Source of the DNA: Myxococcota bacterium
Lineage (GTDB): Bacteria > Myxococcota > Myxococcia > Myxococcales > Myxococcaceae
Assembly (NCBI GenBank): GCA_049322255.1
Contig: JBMORE010000135.1
Coordinates: forward strand, 1 to 64,000
Length of the DNA: 64,000 nt
Reading direction: 5' to 3'
Position numbers and translations under genes: made by a program. Position 1 is the stretch's first letter. Each line of letters opens with the position of its first letter. The notes beneath the pieces are model-generated. The model had not been told where the DNA came from. It saw only the letters and a program-made list of their open reading frames with translations, and searched no databases. Below, one piece after another: positions 57,028 through 64,000 of this stretch.

Positions 57028-59049
57028 TCACCGCCGGCGGCGGGCGGCGACCGCGGCAGGTTTGGGCACGTGGCCCGCCGCGCGCGCGAGTAGACAAATC
57101 TCCTTGATCTTCGCGCCGAAGCGCTCCCATCTGGTTTCACCCGTACCCTTCACCGCGAGGAACTCCTCCCGGGTGATGGGAAGGGCAGTCGCCAAGGCGA
57201 AAAGGGTCACGTCGTTGAAGATGAGGTAGGGCGGCAGCCCGAGGTCTTTGGCCAGCTCGCGCCTCCACCGACGCAGCTCCTCGGCGGCCAGCTCGCTGTG
57301 CGCGGCCGGGCCTGCGACCGCCGCCTGGGCGCTCTTGGCGGATGCCACCGGAGCAGCCAGCCGCCCGCCCGCGCAAACATCGCAGTTGTGGCACTTGCCC
57401 TGCCGGCGGGGCTCTCCGAAGTAGCTCAAAATGAAGTCTCGCCGGCACCCGCGCGCGTAGGCGTAGTCGGTCATCCTCCGAAGCAGCAGCAGCGCCTGCT
57501 TCTCTTGGCTGCGAAGCTTGGCCAGGTCGAGGCCCAGCTCCCGGAAGGGGACTTGCTCCAGCACTCGAATCGTCCGGCCGGCGAAGGGCCGGCGCACCGC
57601 CACCGCTCCGGCCTTCTCGAGCAACGTCAAGGCGTGCCGGGCCTGCTCCTCGGTCAGCTGACAGCGACGTGCCAGCACCCCAAGCTCGGTGCTCACCGGT
57701 TTGTCTACAGGACACGCGCCTCGCAGCGAGGCCAAGAGTGCCTTGGCCGCGGCCGAGTGTGGCTGGGCGTGACTCGCCTTGGGACGCAAGGTGAGCTCGT
57801 AGCTGCCCTCTCCGCGACCGCTGCGCGAAATCTTTCCTGCCCGCTCGAGCACCCGCAGCGCCGCCGACACCTCGAACTCCGACGCGCCGATTTGGGCCGC
57901 GAGCAAGTGGAGGCCGCGATGGAACGACTCCACCTCCAACAGCGCAGACCACAGGTCGGAAAAGACGGTGTCGGAGGGGTGGCTGCTTTGGATGAGGCGC
58001 TCCTGGGTGAAGACGTCGGCGTGGTTGAAAAGCAGGGCCGCGCGCGCGGGCTTGCCGTCGCGTCCGGCGCGGCCGATCTCCTGGTAGTAGGCCTCCACCG
58101 CTCGTGGAATGTTCGCGTGCACCACGAAACGAATATCGGGCTTGTCGATGCCCATCCCGAAGGCGTTGGTCGCCACCGCGACCGCATCGGGGGCGGACAT
58201 GAACTCGTCCTGGGCCCGATGCCGGTCCTCGTCGTCCATCCCCGCGTGGTAGAGCACCGCGCGCTTGCCGCGTGCTGCGAGCGCCGTCTGCATTCCCTCG
58301 GCTGATTTTCGGGTCGAGCAGTAGACGATGCCCGAGCCGCCCTCTTGAATGAGCTGAGCGCAGGCGGTGCGCTTGTCCTCTTCTCCACCCACCGGGAGCA
58401 CCTCGAGGAAGAGGTTCGGTCGATCGAACCCGGCGATGAACACCTGAGGGTCTTTCATCAACAACACCCGGACGATGTCCTCGCGTACCTCGGGGGTGGC
58501 GGTGGCAGTGAGCGCCACGGTTCGGGGGGGCCGCAGGCGTTTTCGCACTTGCCCCAAGAGCGCGTAGTCGGGGCGGAAGTCGTGCCCCCACTGAGAGATG
58601 CAGTGCGCTTCGTCCACCGCGAAGAGCTCCACCTTCACCTCGGCGAGGGCGTCGAGGAAGGCCGGGCTGCGGAAACGTTCTGGCGCCAAGTACACCAGCT
58701 TGTAGGCTCCCTCGCGCATTCGCCGCTGCCGCTCGGCGCGCTCCAGGTCCGAGAGCGTGGAGTTGATGAAGGTGGCGGAAACACCGCGCGCCGAAAGCTG
58801 CTCGACCTGATCTTTCATCAAAGCGATGAGCGGAGAGACGACCACCGTCACTCCCTCGAGCATCACCGCCGGCAGCTGATAGCAGAGGCTTTTCCCCGCC
58901 CCGGTGGGCATCACCACCACCGCGTTGCGGCCGGCGAGTACCGCGCTCACCACCTCGGCCTGGCCGGGCCGGAACTCGGCGAGCGCGAAGTGGCGTGCCA
59001 GCGCGGCGAGCGCATCGTCCACATGAGGAAGCTCCGGCATCCGGCGCAT
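57028..59049 (-). CDS. recQ: RecQ family ATP-dependent DNA helicase with HRDC
   Basis: MPTGAGKSLCYQ, DEAHCISQWGHDFRPDY, TATAT, QEIGRAGRDG, CRR...CHNCDVC, HRDC PPYLIFND. Confidence 0.93.
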   Translation of the reverse strand: MRRMPELPHVDDALAALARHFALAEFRPGQAEVVSAVLAGRNAVVVMPTGAGKSLCYQLPAVMLEGVTVVVSPLIALMKDQVEQLSARGVSATFINSTLSDLERAERQRRMREGAYKLVYLAPERFRSPAFLDALAEVKVELFAVDEAHCISQWGHDFRPDYALLGQVRKRLRPPRTVALTATATPEVREDIVRVLLMKDPQVFIAGFDRPNLFLEVLPVGGEEDKRTACAQLIQEGGSGIVYCSTRKSAEGMQTALAARGKRAVLYHAGMDDEDRHRAQDEFMSAPDAVAVATNAFGMGIDKPDIRFVVHANIPRAVEAYYQEIGRAGRDGKPARAALLFNHADVFTQERLIQSSHPSDTVFSDLWSALLEVESFHRGLHLLAAQIGASEFEVSAALRVLERAGKISRSGRGEGSYELTLRPKASHAQPHSAAAKALLASLRGACPVDKPVSTELGVLARRCQLTEEQARHALTLLEKAGAVAVRRPFAGRTIRVLEQVPFRELGLDLAKLRSQEKQALLLLRRMTDYAYARGCRRDFILSYFGEPRRQGKCHNCDVCAGGRLAAPVASAKSAQAAVAGPAAHSELAAEELRRWRRELAKDLGLPPYLIFNDVTLFALATALPITREEFLAVKGTGETRWERFGAKIKEICLLARAAGHVPKPAAVAARRRR

Positions 59050-59053
59050 CCGA

Positions 59054-59350
59054 TCACCGCTCCCTCGAGTCGGTCAACGCTGGAGTGGACTTTCCGGCAA
59101 ATGCCTTCGCCCGCACCTTGCGCACCTGTCGACGCGCCTGGGCAGTTCGTTGCCGATCCACCACCCCGTCGACCACCACGTCGCCCTCCTTGGCCGAAGG
59201 AGGGAGCGCCGAGCGGGGCAGCGACTCCACCTGCCCGGACTCCAGCCGCACCACCTGGGCGACCTCGTCCTCCAAAAGCTCTATCTGAATCACCTCGCGC
59301 GTGGTGCCGCAGGAGAGCCAAAACGTCGCTGCCAGGCCGACGTGTCTCAT
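59054..59350 (-). CDS. DUF3006-like small protein
   Basis: IELLEDEVA...LPRSALPPSAKEGDVV; ATG at 59350 overlapping the radC stop. Confidence 0.6.
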   Translation of the reverse strand: MRHVGLAATFWLSCGTTREVIQIELLEDEVAQVVRLESGQVESLPRSALPPSAKEGDVVVDGVVDRQRTAQARRQVRKVRAKAFAGKSTPALTDSRER

Positions 59351-60072
59351 CGCGCCGTCCCCGAGAGGTGGACGTGCGCCGAGGCGCCGCCGTCGACTGC
59401 CACCAGCCCCCGCGCGCGCATCGAGCAATACCCCTCGTCTCCCACGACGATGTGGTCGAGCAGGCGTACCCCCAAGATTCGCGCGCCGGCGCACAGTTGC
59501 CGGGTGAGCTGCACGTCCTCCGCCGAGGGCTCGGGGTCTCCGGAAGGGTGGTTGTGCACCAAGACGAGCGCCGAGGCCCGCGTCGCGATGGCCGCTCCGA
59601 ACACCTCTCGCGGGTCGACCAGGCAGAGGTGGGGCGTGCCCTGAGCGATTCGCGCGTCGCGCACCAGCACGTTGCGCGCGTTGAAGCAGAGCGCGTGAAA
59701 CTCCTCGTTCCGCAGGCCGCCCAGCCAGGGTCGCACGTATTGGAAAATCTCCTCGGGCGAGCGCAACCGTGGGCGCGTCTCCGCTGCGCGTTGAGCGCGC
59801 CGGCCCAGCTCCAGCGCGGCCAGCACCGCCGCCGCCTTCGCCGGCCCCAAGCCAGGGTGGGCGCTCAGCTCGTGGGGGTCGCGCTGCACCAGCGCACGCA
59901 AGCCCCCTGCGGTCGCCACCAACCCCTCGGCCAACGAGAGCACCGGGTGCCCTCGAAAGCCGGTGCCCAAGAGCACCGCGAGCAGCTCCGAGTCGGACAG
60001 CGACGACGCGCCCAAGCGCAGCAATCGCTCCCGCGGCCCCTCTGCGTCGGCTTGTCTTTCCGCCGCCTCCAT
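59347..60072 (-). CDS. radC: RadC (JAB/MPN) family protein
   Basis: PRERLLRLGASSLSDSELLAVLL, HhH GLGPAKA, HNHPSGDPEPSAED, LLDHIVVG; ATG at 60072 after GGAGG. Confidence 0.93.
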   Translation of the reverse strand: MEAAERQADAEGPRERLLRLGASSLSDSELLAVLLGTGFRGHPVLSLAEGLVATAGGLRALVQRDPHELSAHPGLGPAKAAAVLAALELGRRAQRAAETRPRLRSPEEIFQYVRPWLGGLRNEEFHALCFNARNVLVRDARIAQGTPHLCLVDPREVFGAAIATRASALVLVHNHPSGDPEPSAEDVQLTRQLCAGARILGVRLLDHIVVGDEGYCSMRARGLVAVDGGASAHVHLSGTAR

Positions 60073-60230
60073 CGACGCCTCCTTCGAACCCCCTGGCGGA
60101 CAGCAACGCCCGTGCCGAAGCGTCGCCCAAGCGCCAAGGGCACCAGTGACGTCTCGTTCATGACGCAGAGGTCGGGCGCGCGGACGAGCGCCCACGCTCC
60201 ACCCGTGCTTCTTAGCGAGTGGGAATCAGC
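60062..60230. repeat. 169-bp direct repeat, copy adjacent to radC
   Basis: Matches 61082-61250 except one base (60205 g vs 61225 a). Confidence 0.95.
60103..60117 (-). promoter_or_regulatory. sigma54-like promoter upstream of radC (duplicated at 61123-61137)
   Basis: Minus strand CGGCACG-GGCG-TTGC, GG-N10-GC, ~30 bp before the radC ATG. Confidence 0.65.
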
Positions 60231-60348
60231 CAGCCCTGGTTTTCATGGGCCCCGCCCCACCCGCCGTACCTGCGACGAGATGCGGTTCAGCGCCCACCGG
60301 GGTTCGGCTTCCACGCTCTTGTCATGGTTTGCCAGGTTGTTCTTTCCT

Positions 60349-60765
60349 TCACCATGGCGACAGCAGCGGCAACGCTTCCCGCTTATTTCGGCGGTAGATG
60401 CTGAAGTCAGAGTCGGTCGTCACCACCGTGGCTTTCGGATTTCGTTCGCTCAGACGAATGAGGCAAGCGTCGGCATATGACGCGGGAAGGTTGCGGTACT
60501 TCTTCATCAAGCCGTGAATCGCATCGGACTCGGCCTCGAGTGGCACGAGCTCGAGGCTTCCGTCCGCGAGGCGGCGAAACAACGCATCGATGACAGCGGG
60601 CCAGCGGGCCATGAGGAAGCATGCCTCCGAAATCACGGCCTCGCACGTGGCCATTCCGTCAGCCGGTAACTCCTTGAACACGCTGACGGCCCACGCATGA
60701 TGCTCTTCGTCACGCTTCAGCAACGCGACCATCGGTCCCGTGTCGACGAGGGTCTTGATGCTCAC
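60349..60765 (-). CDS. PIN-domain (VapC-like) toxin
   Basis: LVDTGPMVA, TCEAVISEA, SYADACL, VTTDSDFSIYR. Confidence 0.9.
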   Translation of the reverse strand: MSIKTLVDTGPMVALLKRDEEHHAWAVSVFKELPADGMATCEAVISEACFLMARWPAVIDALFRRLADGSLELVPLEAESDAIHGLMKKYRNLPASYADACLIRLSERNPKATVVTTDSDFSIYRRNKREALPLLSPW

Positions 60766-60989
60766 CGACCGTAGCCCTTCATGTGCTTGGGGTTCGTGGC
60801 GAGGTCTTTCGGGCCACCTTTCGCAATTCCAACAGCGTCCTTCCAGAGATCGAACGCGCTCTCTTCCCCGCTCTCCAGCGCGGCAAGCCCCAGGCGCACG
60901 ACTTCGGAGCGCGAGACCTTCTTCTTCTTCGCCAGCCGCGCTACGCGAGCGCTCTCTTCGCGCGACAATCGAATCGTCATCACCGGCAT
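60762..60989 (-). CDS. Ribbon-helix-helix (CopG-like) antitoxin
   Basis: MPVMTIRLS...VSRSEVVRLGL...GPKDLATNPKHMKGYG; GAGGTG RBS; 4-nt overlap with the toxin start. Confidence 0.85.
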   Translation of the reverse strand: MPVMTIRLSREESARVARLAKKKKVSRSEVVRLGLAALESGEESAFDLWKDAVGIAKGGPKDLATNPKHMKGYGR

Positions 60990-61081
60990 CTGTGTGTCAC
61001 CTCGCCGAAAATGTAATACCGAACGACCCGCCGCAACAACTCGGCGACGAGCAGTGCAGCACCAGAGTGCCGTTCCATCTG

Positions 61082-61250
61082 GCCGCCTCCATCGACGCCT
61101 CCTTCGAACCCCCTGGCGGACAGCAACGCCCGTGCCGAAGCGTCGCCCAAGCGCCAAGGGCACCAGTGACGTCTCGTTCATGACGCAGAGGTCGGGCGCG
61201 CGGACGAGCGCCCACGCTCCACCCATGCTTCTTAGCGAGTGGGAATCAGC
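61082..61250. repeat. 169-bp direct repeat, copy adjacent to the cNMP gene
   Basis: Matches 60062-60230 at an offset of 1020 bp; includes the upstream gene's stop codon. Confidence 0.95.
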
Positions 61251-61713
61251 GCGGGCCGAAGGAGGAGAGGGCGAAGAACGACTTGATCTTGTCGTTGGTC
61301 TCGCGCAGCCGCGAGGAGAGGGTGCGCACGAAGGTCCACAGGAGCACGTAGGCCAGCTCCTTGTCGGTGAACATCAGCTGGTCGAGCTTCTCCCGTGCAA
61401 TCTCATAGAGGGTGCACCCCACGTGGGCAATCGCGTCGGCCGAGCGAGGCTCTTCCTCGATGAGCGCCATCTCGCCGAAGTACTGCCCCTGCTCCAAGAT
61501 GGCGAGCGCTTCCTCGCCTACTCCCGGCACCATCTTGGAGATGCGCACCCGACCCTCGCCGATGACGTACATCGCCAGCCCGGGGTCGCCTTCGCGGAAG
61601 ATGTAAGCGGAAGCCGCGAAGCGCTTCTCGGCCGCGATGCCGGCGATCTTCTGCAGCTGCGACTGGGTCAGCCCTTCGAAGAGGGCGACCTTCTTGAGAA
61701 TCGAAGTGTCCAT
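61246..61713 (-). CDS. Stand-alone cyclic nucleotide-binding domain protein
   Basis: IFREGDPGLAMYVIGEGRV, YFGEMALIE, RSADAIA; ATG at 61713. Confidence 0.88.
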   Translation of the reverse strand: MDTSILKKVALFEGLTQSQLQKIAGIAAEKRFAASAYIFREGDPGLAMYVIGEGRVRISKMVPGVGEEALAILEQGQYFGEMALIEEEPRSADAIAHVGCTLYEIAREKLDQLMFTDKELAYVLLWTFVRTLSSRLRETNDKIKSFFALSSFGPR

Positions 61714-61786
61714 GGTGGTGATGACTTCGTACCACGCAGCTTCCGGCGTCTGGTACCTTCCCGCACTCCCTATCGACGTCGAAAGG

Positions 61787-62755
61787 ATGAACGCCGTGCC
61801 CGAAGTGAACAAGGTCGTCATCATCGGCAGCGGCCCTGCCGGCTACACCGCCGCCATCTACGCCGCCCGCGCGAACCTGCAACCGGTGATGTTCGCCGGA
61901 GGCCCCGCCGAGAGCGACCCTCAGCGCGTTCCCGGCGGTCAGCTGATGATCACCACCGACGTGGAGAACTACCCCGGCTTCCCCGAAGCGGTCACCGGTC
62001 CGGCGCTGATGGAGCGCTTCCAGAAGCAGGCAGAGCGCTTCGGCACCCGCATCTTCATGGAGAACGTGGTGAAGGTTGACTTCTCCCGCCGTCCTTTCCT
62101 GGTCAAGGGGGAGAGCCAGGAGGCGCTCGCGCAGACGGTGATTGTCGCCACCGGCGCCTCGGCGAAGTGGCTGCACGTCAAGGGCGAGGACCTGTACAAG
62201 AACCGCGGGGTCTCGGCCTGCGCCACCTGCGACGGGGCGTTCTTCAAGAACCAGAATGTGCTCGTGGTGGGCGGGGGCGACACGGCGATGGAAGAGGCGA
62301 CCTACCTGTCGAAGATTGCCGCGCAGGTCACCGTCATTCACCGCCGGGAAAGCTTGCGTGCCTCCAAAATCATGCAGGAGCGCGCCCTCAAAAATCCAAA
62401 GATCAAGTTCATCTGGAGCTCGGTGGTAGACGAGGTGCTCGGCAACGACCGTGGCTTCACCGGGGTGCGGCTGAAGAACCTCGAGACCGGTGAGGTGAAC
62501 GAGCTGTCGGCCAACGGCTTGTTCGTGGCCATCGGCCATCAGCCCACCACCGAGCTGTTCAAAGGGGTGCTGGAGATGCATGAGAACGGCTACCTCAAGG
62601 TGCAACCAGGCTCGACGCGCACCCACATTCCCGGGGTGTTCGCCTGTGGAGACGTGGCCGACCACTACTACCGCCAAGCGGTCACCGCGGCCGGCACCGG
62701 GTGCATGGCGGCCATCGACGCCGAGCGGTGGATGACCGAGCAGGGCCTGGGCTGA
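61787..62755 (+). CDS. trxB: Thioredoxin-disulfide reductase
   Basis: IIGSGPAGYTAAIY, GVSACATCDG, VGGGDTAMEEA, HRR, YRQAVTAAG. Confidence 0.96.
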   Translation: MNAVPEVNKVVIIGSGPAGYTAAIYAARANLQPVMFAGGPAESDPQRVPGGQLMITTDVENYPGFPEAVTGPALMERFQKQAERFGTRIFMENVVKVDFSRRPFLVKGESQEALAQTVIVATGASAKWLHVKGEDLYKNRGVSACATCDGAFFKNQNVLVVGGGDTAMEEATYLSKIAAQVTVIHRRESLRASKIMQERALKNPKIKFIWSSVVDEVLGNDRGFTGVRLKNLETGEVNELSANGLFVAIGHQPTTELFKGVLEMHENGYLKVQPGSTRTHIPGVFACGDVADHYYRQAVTAAGTGCMAAIDAERWMTEQGLG

Positions 62756-62759
62756 AGAC

Positions 62760-63224
62760 ATGAAGATGATCGACGTGGGCCAAAAGAGCGCGACCGAACG
62801 TGTCGCGGTGGCCGTCGCCCGCGTGCGCATGCGCCCCGCCACGCTCGCGCGCATTCGTGACGGCAAGGTGGAGAAGGGCGACGTGCTCGCCGCCGCCAAG
62901 CTCGCCGGGGTGATGGCCGCCAAGAAGACGCCTGACTTCGTGCCGCTGTGCCACCCCATCTCGCTCTCCGCGGTGGAGGTCGACGTGCGGCCGGTCACCA
63001 CGGGAGTGGAGATTCAGGTCGAGGTGAAGACGGTCGACCGCACCGGGGTGGAGATGGAGGCGCTCACCGCCGCCAGCGCCGCCGCGTTGACCATCTACGA
63101 CATGCTCAAGTCGGTGGACCGGGGCATGGTGGTGGAAAACCTGCAGCTGATGCACAAGAGCGGTGGACGCTCGGGCACCTGGTCGCGCACGCCGTTGCCC
63201 AAGCGCCTCAAGGGAGGACGATGA
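62760..63224 (+). CDS. moaC: Cyclic pyranopterin monophosphate synthase
   Basis: MIDVGQK, KGDVLA, PLCHP, TGVEMEAL, IYDMLKSVD, KSGGRSG. Confidence 0.95.
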   Translation: MKMIDVGQKSATERVAVAVARVRMRPATLARIRDGKVEKGDVLAAAKLAGVMAAKKTPDFVPLCHPISLSAVEVDVRPVTTGVEIQVEVKTVDRTGVEMEALTAASAAALTIYDMLKSVDRGMVVENLQLMHKSGGRSGTWSRTPLPKRLKGGR

Positions 63225-64000
63225 GCACCGACCCTTTGCTGAAGTGGCGCTCCGAGTTCCCCATTCTCGAGCGGAAGGCCGGCTACCTCATCAACAACTC
63301 GCTGGGGGCGATGCCGCGCCAGGTGTACGAGGGCTTGAAGTCGTATGCCGATCTTTGGGCGAACGAGGGCGTGGTGGCCTGGCACACCTGGCTGCCGATG
63401 GTGGAAAAGACCGCCGACCTGGTCGGCAGCCTCTTCAACGCGCCCAAGGGCACGGTGATGATGCATCAGAACGTCTCCACCCTGACGTCGGTCATCATCT
63501 CTGGGCTCGACTTCGGCGGGCGGCGCAACAAGGTCGTCACCACCGAGCTCAACTTCCCGTCAGTCGTCTACAACTGGATGGCGCAGAAGCGGCGCGGGGC
63601 GCGTATCGAAGTGGTGCGCTCACGTGACGGCGGGCTGAACATCGAAACCGAGGACTTGGTTTCCGCCATCGACGACCAGACGCTGGTGTTGGCGCTGGAC
63701 TTGGTGCTCTTTCGCTCCAGCGGGCTCATCGACATCGCACCGGTCATCGAGGCCGCGCACCGGCACGGCGCCCTGGTGGTGCTCGATTGCTATCAGGCCA
63801 CCGGAGCGGTGCCCATCGATGTCCAGGCGCTGAACGTCGACTTCCTCATCGGCGGCTCGGTGAAGTGGCTGTGCGGGGGCGCTGGCGCGTGCTACCTCTA
63901 CGCGCGCAAGGACCTCATATCCTCCTTCCGGCCGTTGATGACCGGCTGGTTCTCCGACAAGCACCCCTTCGACTTCCGCTTCGGAGAGGTGGACTACGCC
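63221..64000 (+). CDS. Class V PLP enzyme (kynureninase-like), truncated by the window end
   Basis: Translated by hand from ATG 63221: RSEFPIL..YLINNSLGAMP...LDCYQATG...GGSVKWLCGG. Confidence 0.85.
   Translation, partial: MSTDPLLKWRSEFPILERKAGYLINNSLGAMPRQVYEGLKSYADLWANEGVVAWHTWLPMVEKTADLVGSLFNAPKGTVMMHQNVSTLTSVIISGLDFGGRRNKVVTTELNFPSVVYNWMAQKRRGARIEVVRSRDGGLNIETEDLVSAIDDQTLVLALDLVLFRSSGLIDIAPVIEAAHRHGALVVLDCYQATGAVPIDVQALNVDFLIGGSVKWLCGGAGACYLYARKDLISSFRPLMTGWFSDKHPFDFRFGEVDYA

Noticed and set aside
60997..61092. Second radC copy starting MEAA in the upstream repeat
   Set aside because: Similarity ends after about four codons and the frame closes at 60997; it is part of the duplication, not a gene

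Overview
High-GC, gene-dense chromosomal window from a myxobacterium (Myxococcales-like; inferred from mglB-mglA, Glt-type TPR/TonB-C genes, eukaryotic-like Ser/Thr kinases and an FHA-sigma54 activator). Order: tRNA-Asn, RsmB-like methylase, peptidoglycan-recycling genes (ldcA, serine hydrolase, mpl), tlpA, suhB; a long minus-strand run mglB-mglA, Glt-paralog genes, beta-barrel and short Wza; a divergent barrel/FecR/kinase trio; recR-ybaB-dnaX with dnaX split across two frames; a GT22-like mannosyltransferase; ffs, five tRNAs with tadA embedded, serS; a large Zn-ribbon/GYF/TPR protein with internal tandem repeats; kinase/PEGA/FHA-EBP genes beside a diheme beta-propeller lipoprotein; acyltransferase and SDR; TPR protein; recQ, radC, a PIN/RHH toxin-antitoxin pair; trxB, moaC and a truncated PLP enzyme. 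Best leads: (1) an unannotated ~130-nt sigma54-promoter/three-hairpin/terminator unit (candidate sRNA) at ~52216-52369; (2) a dnaX whose tau-like C-terminus lies in the +1 frame; (3) a sigma54 promoter with 21-bp tandem palindromes between the FHA-EBP and the diheme lipoprotein; (4) a TA cassette between 169-bp direct repeats duplicating the radC promoter; (5) a possible barrel-FecR-kinase trans-envelope signalling unit. All calls come from reading motifs by eye; no searches were run, and start codons are best guesses.
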